This document shows, one piece after another, positions 15,024 through 24,789 of a stretch of DNA of 26,394 nt (positions within the stretch are counted from its first letter, which is position 1; each line of letters opens with the position of its first letter). The DNA is from Chromobacterium sinusclupearum (GTDB taxonomy: Bacteria > Pseudomonadota > Gammaproteobacteria > Burkholderiales > Chromobacteriaceae). Below the pieces are notes generated by a model. The model was not told where the DNA came from. It searched no databases and was given only the letters and a program-made list of their open reading frames with translations. The DNA is taken from assembly GCF_002902845.1 (NCBI RefSeq), contig NZ_PPTF01000065.1:1-26394 (forward strand). Reading direction: 5' to 3'. Made by a program: the position numbers and the translations under genes.

Positions 15024-15054
15024 AAAAAAGGCGCCGCGAGGCGCCTTTTCTTTA
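15024..15054. terminator. Bidirectional rho-independent terminator between fliD and the SDR gene
   Basis: AAAAAA-GGCGCC-gcga-GGCGCC-TTTTCTTT. Confidence 0.7.
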
Positions 15055-15073
15055 TCCAACTGAACATTATCGC

Positions 15074-15910
15074 TCAAGCGCTCGCGCGCGACAGCGTGTC
15101 CAGCCAGCGTGTCGGCAGCAGGCGTTTCAGATACCAGAACAATTTAGTGGGAAACGTCACCCGGTAGCGCGCACGCGGCCGCTTGCTGGTCACAGCCAGC
15201 CAAACCGCCTCGGCCACGGCGCTGGCCGGCAAGGTGAACGGCGCGGCATGGCCCTCTTTCTTCAAGCGCTCCAGTTGCTTGCGGTAGTTGTCGCGGTGCA
15301 CGCTGCCATCGATATCGACATGCTTGAGGAATTTTTCCAAGGCATTGGGCCGGAAGCGGCTCTCGATCGGCCCCGGCTCCACCAGCGCAACATGGATGTC
15401 CGTGCCATGCAGCTCTTGCCGCAGGGTGTCGCACAGCCCTTCCATCGCATACTTGCTGGCATTGTAAGCGCCGCGCCAGCGCATGGCGGCAAAGCCCAGT
15501 ATCGAGCTGTTGAACACGATGCGGCCATGGCCTTGCGCGCGCATCGCCTTTAGCACCGCGTTAGTCAGCTCCCATGGCCCGAACAGATTGGTTTCAAACT
15601 GCTCTCGCATCGCCAGCCGCGTAATGTCTTCCGCCGCGCCTGGCTGGCCGAAACCGGCGTTATTGAACAAGGCGTCTAACCGTCCCCCGCTTCTGGCCAG
15701 CACCTCGTCCAAAGCGGTCTGGATCGATGTCGTGTCGTCCACGTCCAACTGCAAGCAGTCGAACCCCTCCGCCCGCAGCCTTTCCACATCCTCTGGTTTG
15801 CGGCAGCTGGCAAACACGCGCCAGCCCTTGTCGCGAAACCATTTGGCCGTGTGATAGCCAATGCCGCTGGAGCAGCCGGTAATCAGAATGGAACGCGCCT
15901 GGGCCGTCAT
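15074..15910 (-). CDS. Short-chain dehydrogenase/reductase family oxidoreductase
   Basis: Cofactor motif TGCSSGIG, then NNAG, and the catalytic motif YNASK. Confidence 0.9.
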   Translation of the reverse strand: MTAQARSILITGCSSGIGYHTAKWFRDKGWRVFASCRKPEDVERLRAEGFDCLQLDVDDTTSIQTALDEVLARSGGRLDALFNNAGFGQPGAAEDITRLAMREQFETNLFGPWELTNAVLKAMRAQGHGRIVFNSSILGFAAMRWRGAYNASKYAMEGLCDTLRQELHGTDIHVALVEPGPIESRFRPNALEKFLKHVDIDGSVHRDNYRKQLERLKKEGHAAPFTLPASAVAEAVWLAVTSKRPRARYRVTFPTKLFWYLKRLLPTRWLDTLSRASA

Positions 15911-16061
15911 GACAAACCTCTTTCGGTGGATAAGCCCCCAACCCTACACGAATCGCCGCCGCGCCGGAATCCGCCGTATTGCCCGCAAGCGGCGACGACA
16001 CTGTCGTTTTGAGGTGGAATTGGACTAGAATGTCGGCCTGACACGTACGAGGAAGACCGCC

Positions 16062-16295
16062 ATGGCAAAAGCCGCCAAAGCCCCGGCTAGTTTCGAGAGC
16101 GCGCTGGCCCAGCTGGAGGACATCATCCAGGCGATGGATAGCGGCGACATGCCGCTGGAGACCGCCCTCGCCTCCTACAAGCAAGGCACCGAATTGATCA
16201 AGTTCTGCCAGGGTAAGCTGGCCGACGCGGAACAGCAGTTGAAAATACTGGAAAACAACGAACTGAAGACGCTGGACCTGCCCAATGGCCAATGA
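16062..16295 (+). CDS. xseB: Exodeoxyribonuclease VII small subunit
   Basis: FESALAQLEDIIQAMDSGDMPLETALASYKQG. Conserved xseB-ispA-dxs synteny. Confidence 0.9.
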   Translation: MAKAAKAPASFESALAQLEDIIQAMDSGDMPLETALASYKQGTELIKFCQGKLADAEQQLKILENNELKTLDLPNGQ

Positions 16296-17181
16296 AACCT
16301 TCATCGGCTGGATGACCTTCATCCAGCAATACATGGAAAGCGCGCTGGAACGCTTGCTCCCTTCCGCCGACTGCGCACCGCATAAATTGCATGAAGCCAT
16401 GCGCTACGCCACGCTGGAAGGCGGCAAGCGCGTGCGGCCGCTGCTGGTCTTCGCCGCCGGCGAACTGGTGGGCGCGGAGCAGGACAACCTTGCGCGCATC
16501 GGCGCGGCGCTGGAAATGATCCACGCCTATTCGCTGGTGCATGACGACATGCCGTGCATGGACGACGATGTGCTGCGCCGCGGCAAGCCGACCTGCCACA
16601 TAGCCTACGACGAGGCCACCGCGCTGCTGGTGGGCGACGCGCTGCAAACCCGCGCCTTCGAGCTGATTGCCCAAGCCATGCCAGGCATCGCTGCGGCCAG
16701 CCAGATGGAAATGGTGCGCGCGCTGGCGCACGCGTCCGGCCATGCCGGCATGGCCGGCGGCCAGGCGATTGACCTGGCCAGCGTCGGCCAGCCGCTGACG
16801 CTGCCGGAGCTGGAATTCATGCACATGCTGAAAACCGGCGCGCTGATCCGTGCGGCGGTGATGATGGGCGCCATGGCCGGCCGCGAGCTGAACGCGCAGG
16901 AAAAAGAAGCGCTGGACGCCTTCGCCAAGCGCATCGGACTGGCCTTCCAAGTGGTGGACGACATCCTGGACTGCGAGGCCGATACCGCCACCTTGGGCAA
17001 GACCGCCGGCAAGGATGCCGCCCACGACAAACCCACTTACGTCAGCCTGCTGGGCCTCGCCGAGGCCAAGCGGATGGCGAAGGATTTGCATGACCAGGCG
17101 TTCGCCGCGCTGGAGGGCTTTGGCCCGCAGGCCGATCGCCTGAAACAACTGGCCGACTACATCGTCGCCCGCTCGTTTTGA
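16285..17181 (+). CDS. ispA: Farnesyl diphosphate synthase
   Basis: The two Asp-rich motifs are LVHDDMPCMDDD and FQVVDDILD. Overlaps the xseB stop by 11 nt. Confidence 0.9.
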   Translation: MANETFIGWMTFIQQYMESALERLLPSADCAPHKLHEAMRYATLEGGKRVRPLLVFAAGELVGAEQDNLARIGAALEMIHAYSLVHDDMPCMDDDVLRRGKPTCHIAYDEATALLVGDALQTRAFELIAQAMPGIAAASQMEMVRALAHASGHAGMAGGQAIDLASVGQPLTLPELEFMHMLKTGALIRAAVMMGAMAGRELNAQEKEALDAFAKRIGLAFQVVDDILDCEADTATLGKTAGKDAAHDKPTYVSLLGLAEAKRMAKDLHDQAFAALEGFGPQADRLKQLADYIVARSF

Positions 17182-17246
17182 ACCGCTCGTAGAGAAACCA
17201 TCAGGGCGGACCACCGCCCGGCGAGCCCATCCGCAGAATCACAACA

Positions 17247-19097
17247 ATGTATCCTCTGCTTGAAAACATAAACAGCCCTGCCGACCTGCGGCTGTTGCCG
17301 CGCACGCAGTTGCCGCAGCTGGCGCGCGAACTGCGCGAATTTCTGGTGGAGTCGGTCAGCAAGACCGGCGGCCACTTCGCGTCCAATCTGGGCAGCATCG
17401 AGCTGACCATCGCGCTGCATTACGTGTTCGACACGCCGCATGACCGCCTGGTGTGGGACGTCGGCCACCAGACCTATCCGCACAAGATCCTGACCGGCCG
17501 CCGCGAGCGCATGGACACCATGCGCCAGTTCGGCGGGCTGGCCGGATTCCCCAAGCGCGAGGAGTCCGAGTACGACACCTTCGGCGTCGGCCACTCGTCC
17601 ACTTCCATCGGCGCGGCCCTGGGCATGGCGGTGGCGGCCAAAACCCTGGGCATCGAACGCAAGAGCGTGGCCATCATCGGCGACGGGGCCATGACGGCCG
17701 GCCAGGCCTTCGAGGCGCTGAACAACGCCGGCGCGATGGATACCGATTTGCTGGTGATCCTCAACGACAACGATATGTCCATCTCGCCCAATGTCGGCGC
17801 GTTGAACAACTATCTGGCCAAACTGATGTCCGGCCGCTTCTACGCGGCCATGCGCCAAGGCTCCAGCAAGGTGCTGGGCATCGCCCCGCCCTTGAAGGAA
17901 ATCGCCAGCAAGATGGAGGAGCACGTCAAAGGCTTCTTCACCCCGGGCACATTGTTCGAGGAATTCGGCTTCAATTACATCGGCCCCATAGACGGCCACG
18001 ATCTGGATGCTTTGGTCGATACGCTGAAGAACATCCGCAGCCTGAAAGGGCCGCAGTTCCTGCACATCGTCACCAAGAAGGGCCAGGGCTATAAGCTGGC
18101 CGAGAACGATCCGGTCAAATACCACGGCGTGACCAAGTTCGACCCGGCCAACGGCCTGTCCGGCGGCAAAGGCGGTTCGGGCAAGCCGCAATACACCCAG
18201 GTGTTCGGCGACTGGCTGTGCGACATGGCGAAGCAGGATCCGCGTTTGGTGGGCATCACGCCGGCCATGCGCGAAGGCTCCGGCATGGTGCGCTTCGAAA
18301 AAGAGCATCCGGACCGCTACTACGACGTGGCCATTGCCGAACAGCACGCGGTCACCTTTGCCGGCGGCATGGCCTGCGACGGCCTGAAGCCGGTGGTGGC
18401 GATCTACTCCACCTTCCTGCAACGCGGCTACGATCAGCTGATCCACGACGTGGCCTTGCAGAACCTGCCGGTGATGTTCGCGCTGGACCGCGCCGGCCTG
18501 GTGGGGGCGGACGGCCCGACCCATGCCGGCGCCTTCGACCTCAGCTACCTGCGTTGCATCCCCAATATGCTGGTGGCCGCGCCGTCGGATGAGAACGAAT
18601 GCCGCCAGCTGCTGTACACCGCCTTCCAGCACAATGGCCCCAGCGCCGTGCGCTATCCGCGCGGCACCGGCCCCGGCGCGGAGATTCAGCAACAGATGAC
18701 CGCCCTGCCCATCGGCAAAGGCGTGCTGCGCCGCCAGGGCCAGAAGATCGCCATCCTGGCCTTTGGCAGTATGGTGCATCCGGCGCTGGCCGCCGCCGAA
18801 CAGCTGAACGCATCGGTTGCCGACATGCGCTTCGTCAAGCCGCTGGATGCCGAGCTGGTGCGCCAGCTGGCCGAGAGCCATGAGCTGATCGTCACCGTGG
18901 AGGAAAACGTGGTGATGGGCGGCGCCGGCTCGGCCTGTATCGAGACGCTGCAAGCGCTGCAGCTGACCGTGCCGGTACTGCAGCTGGGGCTGCCGGACGA
19001 CTACGTGGAACACGGCGACCCGGCGCTGCTGTTGAAGAACTGCGGCCTGGACGCGGCCGGCATCGAAGCCAGCATTCGCCAACGGCTGGCCGACTGA
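17247..19097 (+). CDS. dxs: 1-deoxy-D-xylulose-5-phosphate synthase
   Basis: [36 protein letters not shown] and a transketolase-like C-terminus. Confidence 0.95.
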   Translation: MYPLLENINSPADLRLLPRTQLPQLARELREFLVESVSKTGGHFASNLGSIELTIALHYVFDTPHDRLVWDVGHQTYPHKILTGRRERMDTMRQFGGLAGFPKREESEYDTFGVGHSSTSIGAALGMAVAAKTLGIERKSVAIIGDGAMTAGQAFEALNNAGAMDTDLLVILNDNDMSISPNVGALNNYLAKLMSGRFYAAMRQGSSKVLGIAPPLKEIASKMEEHVKGFFTPGTLFEEFGFNYIGPIDGHDLDALVDTLKNIRSLKGPQFLHIVTKKGQGYKLAENDPVKYHGVTKFDPANGLSGGKGGSGKPQYTQVFGDWLCDMAKQDPRLVGITPAMREGSGMVRFEKEHPDRYYDVAIAEQHAVTFAGGMACDGLKPVVAIYSTFLQRGYDQLIHDVALQNLPVMFALDRAGLVGADGPTHAGAFDLSYLRCIPNMLVAAPSDENECRQLLYTAFQHNGPSAVRYPRGTGPGAEIQQQMTALPIGKGVLRRQGQKIAILAFGSMVHPALAAAEQLNASVADMRFVKPLDAELVRQLAESHELIVTVEENVVMGGAGSACIETLQALQLTVPVLQLGLPDDYVEHGDPALLLKNCGLDAAGIEASIRQRLAD

Positions 19098-19099
19098 GC

Positions 19100-19675
19100 A
19101 TGCAGGCCTCGCTGCCGCTTCCCACGCTGGAAACGCGGCTGCAGCTGCATGCCAGCACCGCGTTGTCGCTGATCAGCGCGGTGCTGCTGACCTGGCTGTG
19201 GCATGGGGCGAATCTGCATGCACTGCTGCCGCGCCAGGGCGAACAGTGGCTGGCCTGGACCCTGTTCTTTCTGCCTATCTACCGCACCATACGCCATATC
19301 CTGCGCCGGCCGCGCCAGCGCCAGCTGGGCGATCTGATCGGCCTGTACATCGGCCTGGTGCTGCAGTTCGCTGTAGTCTACTACTTGTTCGCGCTCTTGC
19401 TGGTCAACGGCCATGCCTTTCACGGCATGACCGCGCTGTATGACGGCCATGGCGGTTTTCTGCCCGACTTTTACAGCCATGCGGCGCTGCTGTTCCTGGA
19501 TTGCTTCCACCTGTCCATCGCCACCGCCGCTACCGTGGGTTATGGCGACATGTATCCCACCTACTGGCCGATCCGGCTGCTGGCGGATTTGCAGATCATT
19601 TTTACCAGCGCGCTGGTCATCATTGGCTTCGGCCGGCACTTTTCCGGCCATGGCGCGAAGAGCCAGTCGAGCTGA
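19100..19675 (+). CDS. Minimal potassium channel (pore-loop, Ion_trans_2-like), no cytosolic regulatory domain
   Basis: Selectivity filter TVGYGD flanked by hydrophobic helices. Starts 2 nt after the dxs stop. Confidence 0.8.
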   Translation: MQASLPLPTLETRLQLHASTALSLISAVLLTWLWHGANLHALLPRQGEQWLAWTLFFLPIYRTIRHILRRPRQRQLGDLIGLYIGLVLQFAVVYYLFALLLVNGHAFHGMTALYDGHGGFLPDFYSHAALLFLDCFHLSIATAATVGYGDMYPTYWPIRLLADLQIIFTSALVIIGFGRHFSGHGAKSQSS

Positions 19676-19688
19676 GTCGATCGCGCAA

Positions 19689-19721
19689 TAAAAAAGCCGG
19701 ACATCTGTCCGGCTTTTTTTA
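19689..19721. terminator. Bidirectional rho-independent terminator between the K+ channel gene and pepD
   Basis: AAAAAAGCCGGAC-atct-GTCCGGCTTTTTTT. Confidence 0.75.
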
Positions 19722-19737
19722 TTCAAGCGCGTCGCAA

Positions 19738-21192
19738 TCACCGCTTGGGGATGGCTTTCAGCACCGCCTGCAGCAACTGCCAGGCTTTGTCGACCGATTC
19801 CACTTCCACACGCTCGCCAGGGGCGTGCGCGCCGCGGATGTTCGGACCGAAGGACACCATGTCCAGGTTCGGGTACTTGGAACCCAGGATGCCGCATTCC
19901 AGACCCGCGTGGATCACCTGCACTTCGGCTTCGCCGCCGAATTCCTGACGGTACACATCCTTGAACAGGGCCAGCAGTTTGGATTGCGGATTCGGCGCCC
20001 AGCCCGGATAGCCGCCTTCCATTTCCACCTTGAACGCGGCCAGCTTGAACAGGCTTTCCACTTCGCGCGCCAGCATCCAGGTGCCGGAATCAAGCAGCGA
20101 ACGCACCATCAGGTTGGCGAAGACCTTGCCGTCGGCCACAGTGACCACGCCCAGGTTGTTGGACGTTTCCACCACGCCTTCCACGCGCTGGCTCATGCGC
20201 TTCACGCCATGCGGCGCGGCATGCAGCGCGGACAGGATGGCGGTTTGGTCGGCGCGGGCCAGCACATCGGCTGCGGCGGCGGCTTCAGACAGCACCACCA
20301 CGCCCTCGTCCACGCCGGCCAGTTCGAAGCGCATCAGCGCCTGGAAGGCATCCAGCTTGGCCGCCACCTTGGCCGCGTCGGCGGCCGGATAGGCCACCAC
20401 GGCAAAGGCTTCGCGCGACAGCGCGTTGCGGGCGGTGCCGCCCTTCAGCGAGGCCAGGCGAAGGTCGGTTTCCGCTTCCAGTTCGCGGATCAGGCGGATC
20501 AACAACTTGTTGGCGTTGCCGCGGCCCAGGTGGATGTCGGCACCGGAGTGGCCGCCTTTCAATCCCTTGATGGTCAGGCTGGCAGTCTGGAAGCCGGCCG
20601 GAACCGCTTCCGCCGCATATTCGCGGGTGACGTTCACGTCCACGCCGCCGGCGCAGCCCATGTAGAACTCGCCCCACTCTTCGGTATCGATATTGATCAG
20701 GTACTGGCCTTGCAGCAGGCCGGTTTCCAGGCCCAGCGCGCCGCCCATGCCGGCCTCTTCGTCCAGCGTCAGCAGCACTTCCACCGGGCCGTGGGCGACG
20801 TCGTCGCCGGACAGCACCGCCATGCCCAGCGCCACGCCGATGCCGTTGTCTGCGCCCAGCGTGGTGTTCTCGGCGACCAGCCAGCCATCCTTCAGCACCG
20901 GGCGGATGGGGTCTTTGAAGAAGTCGTGCTCGGTGCCGCTATTGGCCTGGCACACCATGTCCAGATGGCCTTGCAGCACCACGCCGGCGCGGTCTTCATA
21001 GCCGAGGGTGGCCGGCTTGCGGATGATCAGATTGCCCACCTGGTCCACAATGGTTTCCAGGCCGCGCAGCTCCGCCCAGCCTTTCATGTAGTCGCGCACC
21101 TGCTCTTCGTGCTTGGACGGGCGCGGAATGTCGCACAGGGTTTGGAAGTGCTCCCAGACGGCTTTGGGTTCGAGTTGGGCGATATCGGTCAC
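19738..21192 (-). CDS. pepD: Aminoacyl-histidine (Xaa-His) dipeptidase, M20C family
   Basis: LEPKAVWEHFQTLCDIPRPSKHEEQVRDYMKGWA..DQVGNLIIRKPAT parallels the E. coli PepD N-terminus. GTG 21192 has an AAGGAA SD. The ORF-track start at 21252 is probably too long. Confidence 0.9.
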   Translation of the reverse strand: MTDIAQLEPKAVWEHFQTLCDIPRPSKHEEQVRDYMKGWAELRGLETIVDQVGNLIIRKPATLGYEDRAGVVLQGHLDMVCQANSGTEHDFFKDPIRPVLKDGWLVAENTTLGADNGIGVALGMAVLSGDDVAHGPVEVLLTLDEEAGMGGALGLETGLLQGQYLINIDTEEWGEFYMGCAGGVDVNVTREYAAEAVPAGFQTASLTIKGLKGGHSGADIHLGRGNANKLLIRLIRELEAETDLRLASLKGGTARNALSREAFAVVAYPAADAAKVAAKLDAFQALMRFELAGVDEGVVVLSEAAAAADVLARADQTAILSALHAAPHGVKRMSQRVEGVVETSNNLGVVTVADGKVFANLMVRSLLDSGTWMLAREVESLFKLAAFKVEMEGGYPGWAPNPQSKLLALFKDVYRQEFGGEAEVQVIHAGLECGILGSKYPNLDMVSFGPNIRGAHAPGERVEVESVDKAWQLLQAVLKAIPKR

Positions 21193-21365
21193 AGCGTATT
21201 CCTTGATTCGGTGTCGCGACGCGGCCGATTTCAAGCACTGCCACGCCGCCATATACTACATTCGCCATTGCGGCGAAGGCCGGAAAAATAGTGTTTCACT
21301 TTAACACGATGCCGCGGCAACGTCATGCCCATTGCCATGATCGTCGCCGCGGCTGGCGTGCGGTT

Positions 21366-22685
21366 TTACAGGCTGAAACGCAAGGATTTGACCAAGGCGC
21401 CTGGCAGCAGCTTGCTCTGCGTGGCGCGTCCGCCGTAGCTGCCGGCATCCACCAGCAGTTCGCGCTCGGCCGTCAGCGCCTCCAGTTGCTCGCCCAGCAG
21501 GCTGAACAGGCTGTCGTCGAAGCGCATCACGCCCAGGGGCGCGACGATCTTGCCGTCTTCCACCCAGAAGCAGGCAAAGCGGGTCATGCCGGTGATGCGG
21601 CAGGCTGAGCGGTCGGAAAAGTTCAGATACCACAGATTGGACAGGTAGACGCCGGTGCCCAGCGCCTGCAGCGCCTGATCGCGCGGCAGATCGCCGGCTT
21701 GCAGCTGCATGGCCTCGGCAAACTCCATGCTGCCCGTATTGGGCTGCAGGCCATACTCGCGCGCGCTGCGCGGGTCGATCAGGCTGTTGCGGTGCTCGCC
21801 GCCGGCGATCAATTCCACGCGCTCCGGCCGGATGAATCCTTCGCGCTGGAACAAGGGCGACAAACCCTCGCCGCCCGCCTCCGCCAGATGCACCAGCGGC
21901 GACAGCTTGACCTCGCCCTCCGCCAGTTTCAGCAACGGACTGCGCTTGCTGCGGACTTCCTTTTCCGACACCCCGCCCCAGTTCAGCATGTTCAGCAGCG
22001 CGCCCAGCGCGCTGGGCGTGAAGTAAGCGCGATACTCGCCCGGCTCCAGCGTCTTCACCGGCAGCTTCAGCCACTCCAGCTGTCCGGCCGCCTCGTCAAT
22101 GGCGCGGCCCAGCGCCGCGGCGTCCCACGCCGTGCCGGCCTGGCTGCGCTTGACCGCCTTGTCGCCATGCGAATACAGGCTCCAGTCAAAGTTCCAGCTC
22201 TCGCCTTGCTGCCAGTTGAACTGGCCCAGATGGTTGGCAAAGCCGAAACTCATCTGGCCGCTGGCCAGGATGCCCACCAGATCGTGGCCTTCTGCGGCGG
22301 CCAGAATATCGGCGACCATGCTTTCCGCCGGCGGCAACGTGTGCTGGCCTATGCGCTCGCTGCTTTGCGGCTGTTCGTTCAGCAGCAGGAAAGGGTCCTC
22401 CTGCACTTGCTCCAAGGCCGCGCGCAATTCCGGCAATGCGGCTTCTAGCAGCGCCAGATCGTCCGCGCCGCCGCTTAAGGACAATTGTTGCGTGGCCTGG
22501 CGCTGGCCGCGGATCAGCCGCATGTCCAGATACGCCTGCTCCACCGCTCCGGCTTGCCTGACCTTGCCATGATTGAAACGGACGAAATCGGTCTGTTCCG
22601 CCTCCAGCCACAAGGTATAGCCTTCCCCCTCACGCAGCAGGCTGCTCAGCGCCGCCGCCAATGCTTGCAAATGCGCGCGCATCAT
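21366..22685 (-). CDS. TldD/PmbA-family protein, PmbA(TldE)-like partner subunit (no HExxxH)
   Basis: Family-typical C-terminus with ...GVYLSNLWYLNFSD and ...TGMTRFACFWVEDGK. ATGA overlap with the upstream TldD-like gene. Confidence 0.8.
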   Translation of the reverse strand: MMRAHLQALAAALSSLLREGEGYTLWLEAEQTDFVRFNHGKVRQAGAVEQAYLDMRLIRGQRQATQQLSLSGGADDLALLEAALPELRAALEQVQEDPFLLLNEQPQSSERIGQHTLPPAESMVADILAAAEGHDLVGILASGQMSFGFANHLGQFNWQQGESWNFDWSLYSHGDKAVKRSQAGTAWDAAALGRAIDEAAGQLEWLKLPVKTLEPGEYRAYFTPSALGALLNMLNWGGVSEKEVRSKRSPLLKLAEGEVKLSPLVHLAEAGGEGLSPLFQREGFIRPERVELIAGGEHRNSLIDPRSAREYGLQPNTGSMEFAEAMQLQAGDLPRDQALQALGTGVYLSNLWYLNFSDRSACRITGMTRFACFWVEDGKIVAPLGVMRFDDSLFSLLGEQLEALTAERELLVDAGSYGGRATQSKLLPGALVKSLRFSL

Positions 22686-24142
22686 GCCGCTCCTCCAAAT
22701 ACGTCCACGTCGCCGAATACGCAGGCCGGCGAGGCATGGCCCACTCGCACCACCTGGTTAGGCTCCCCCTTGCCGCAATACGGCGTGCCCATCACATTGA
22801 AGGTGGAGGCATCGCCGACCCCCTTCAGCGAGCGCCAGAAATTGGCGGAAATGCCGCGATAGTTGGGATTGCGCACCACGCCTTTCAGCTCGCCGTTCTC
22901 GATCAATTGTCCCCACTCGCAGCCGAACTGGAACTTGTTGCGCGAGTCGTCGATGGACCAGCTGACATTGGTCTGCATCAGCACGCCGCGCTCGATGCCG
23001 GCCACCAGTTGCGCAAGGCTTTGGTCGCCCGGCTCCACGTTCAGATTGGCCATGCGGTCTATCGGCGCCCGGTTCCAGTTGCAGGCGCGGCTATTGGCCA
23101 CGCCATCCAGCGCAAAGCCGTTGAGGCGAGCGCGCGCGGCGGAAATGTCGCCGCCCAGCGGTCGCTCCAGAATGCCGTTGCGGATCAGCCAGACCTTCTC
23201 TGCCGCCTTGCCGTCATCGTCCCAGCCATAGCTGGCCAGTTCGTTTTTCAGCAAGGGATCAAACGTGACATTCAGCAATTCGGAGCCATAGCGGTAATGG
23301 CCGAACATGTCCGGCGTGACAAAACTGGTGCCGGCATAGTTGCGCTCATCGCCCAGGATGCGGTCCAGCTCCAGCGGATGGCCGATGCTCTCGTGGATTT
23401 GCAGCATCATCTGTTCCGGCATCAGCAGCAGATCCATCTTGCCGCTGGGGCAGTTCGGCGCGTACAGCAGTTGCAGCGCCGCGTCTGCCACGCGGCGGCC
23501 CGCGCCGCGCAGGCCGGCCTCGGCGATCAGGTCCACGCCGCCTTGACGGCCCAGGCCGCCGTACTGGCCGCCCAGGCTGCGGGTTTGCACCCGGCCCTCG
23601 GCAAACGCGGTCACCACTAGGGACGGCGTCAACGCGCGCAGGCGCTGCTCGGCTTCGCCGCCGTCGGAAGTCAGGTACAACTGATGGATGTCTTGCCGGA
23701 ACAGGCTGGCCGACCAGTCCACCACGCGGCTGTCGTTGCCCTTTGCGGCGGCCGATTCGCTCAGCAGCAGGTCCAGCAGCGAAGCGCGCGGCCACACGGA
23801 CGCGGCGTCGCTGCCCGCGCCCTGATAACGGCCTTGCGGTTTGGGCAGTTGAATCTGCCGGTAATCGAACACCCCTTGGCCGGCGGTGGCGCGCGCCCAG
23901 CCGCGGGCGTGCTCGAAGGCGGCGCGCAGGCCCGCCTCGCTCAAATCGGCGGTGGCGGCGTAGCCATAGCCGCCGCCATCGCACACGGCGATCATCGCGC
24001 CGCGATCATGGCGGCGGGTCAGCGGCTGCTGCCGCCCCTGGCGAACGGACAAGCGCTCATTGTCTTCCTCCACATAGCGCAAGGAACAGAAATCCGCTTG
24101 GGGCTGCAGCGCCTGGAAGCGCCGACGGATGGTTTCAAGCAT
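22682..24142 (-). CDS. TldD/PmbA-family metallopeptidase, TldD-like catalytic subunit
   Basis: HExxxH motif in QIHESIGHPLELD. Gly-rich C-terminal barrel motifs. ATG 24142 has a GGAG SD. Clearly diverged from canonical E. coli TldD. Confidence 0.85.
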   Translation of the reverse strand: MLETIRRRFQALQPQADFCSLRYVEEDNERLSVRQGRQQPLTRRHDRGAMIAVCDGGGYGYAATADLSEAGLRAAFEHARGWARATAGQGVFDYRQIQLPKPQGRYQGAGSDAASVWPRASLLDLLLSESAAAKGNDSRVVDWSASLFRQDIHQLYLTSDGGEAEQRLRALTPSLVVTAFAEGRVQTRSLGGQYGGLGRQGGVDLIAEAGLRGAGRRVADAALQLLYAPNCPSGKMDLLLMPEQMMLQIHESIGHPLELDRILGDERNYAGTSFVTPDMFGHYRYGSELLNVTFDPLLKNELASYGWDDDGKAAEKVWLIRNGILERPLGGDISAARARLNGFALDGVANSRACNWNRAPIDRMANLNVEPGDQSLAQLVAGIERGVLMQTNVSWSIDDSRNKFQFGCEWGQLIENGELKGVVRNPNYRGISANFWRSLKGVGDASTFNVMGTPYCGKGEPNQVVRVGHASPACVFGDVDVFGGAA

Positions 24143-24223
24143 GGATAGCTCCAGACAAGGAAATGCCAAAGGCATTCATACTAATCAGTCACACCTTGCC
24201 CTGTCCATCGAATGTTGCAGGCT

Positions 24224-24691
24224 TTACAAACCCAATTCGCTCAGCCCGGGATGGCCGTCCGGGCGGCGGCCCATCGGCCAGAAGAACTTTCGCTCGTCCT
24301 CGCGAATTGGCAGGTCGTTGATGCTGGCGTGGCGATGCGTCATCAGGCCATCCGCCGCGAACGCCCAATTCTCGTTGCCATAGCTGCGGTACCACTGCCC
24401 GGCATCGTCATGCCATTCATAGGCAAAGCGGACGGCGATGCGATGGCCATCATGGGCCCATAACTCCTTGATCAAGCGATAGTCCAATTCCCGCCGCCAT
24501 TTGCGCTCCAGCAGCGCCTGAGCTTGCGCGCGGCCCTGCGGAAAATCGACGCGGTTGCGCCAGCGGGTATCGGGACTGTAGGCCTGCACGATGCGCGCTG
24601 GGTCGCGGCTGTTCCAGGCATCCTCGGCCAGCCTGATTTTTTCGATGGCGGTTTCACGGCTGAATGGCGGCAATGGCGGGCGGATTTCCAA
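24224..24691 (-). CDS. DUF1348 (NTF2/SnoaL-like fold) protein
   Basis: [27 protein letters not shown]...WRNR...YRLIKELWA...YGNENWAF...ASINDLPI is the DUF1348 pattern. TTG 24691 has a GGGAGA SD 6 nt upstream. The ORF-track start at 24730 is also a TTG. Confidence 0.8.
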   Translation of the reverse strand: MEIRPPLPPFSRETAIEKIRLAEDAWNSRDPARIVQAYSPDTRWRNRVDFPQGRAQAQALLERKWRRELDYRLIKELWAHDGHRIAVRFAYEWHDDAGQWYRSYGNENWAFAADGLMTHRHASINDLPIREDERKFFWPMGRRPDGHPGLSELGL

Positions 24692-24722
24692 AATATTTCT
24701 CCCTTGGCTGCGTTTTAACAAA

Positions 24723-24779
24723 GTAGACAAGTCTGTCTGCCTCGCATCAGCCTATACCCAAGTAGACAAATCTGTCTAC
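24723..24779. promoter_or_regulatory. Two palindromic operators (GTAGACA-N4-TGTCTAC), probable TetR binding sites
   Basis: 24762-24779 is GTAGACAAATCTGTCTAC, with perfect 7-bp arms. 24723-24740 is GTAGACAAGTCTGTCTGC, with one arm mismatch. Both lie in the divergent intergenic region. Confidence 0.7.
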
Positions 24780-24789
24780 AATCATTGCC

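Noticed and set aside
17157-19082. 641-aa ORF on the minus strand opposite dxs. Similar long antisense ORFs include 19501-21291(+), 16198-17214(-), 12370-13353(+), 11645-12424(+), 22661-23620(+), 25000-25869(-) and 15660-16400(-).
   Set aside because: These are shadow ORFs typical of GC-rich DNA. Their products are low-complexity Ala/Arg/Gly/His strings with no motifs. In each case the opposite strand encodes an unmistakable conserved protein.
21253-21365. GCCGCGGC ... GCCGCGGC repeats between pepD and the PmbA-like gene, considered as a terminator or REP element.
   Set aside because: The 8-mer is self-complementary and GC-rich, so it is easily explained by chance in this composition. There is no U-tract and no clear stem beyond it.
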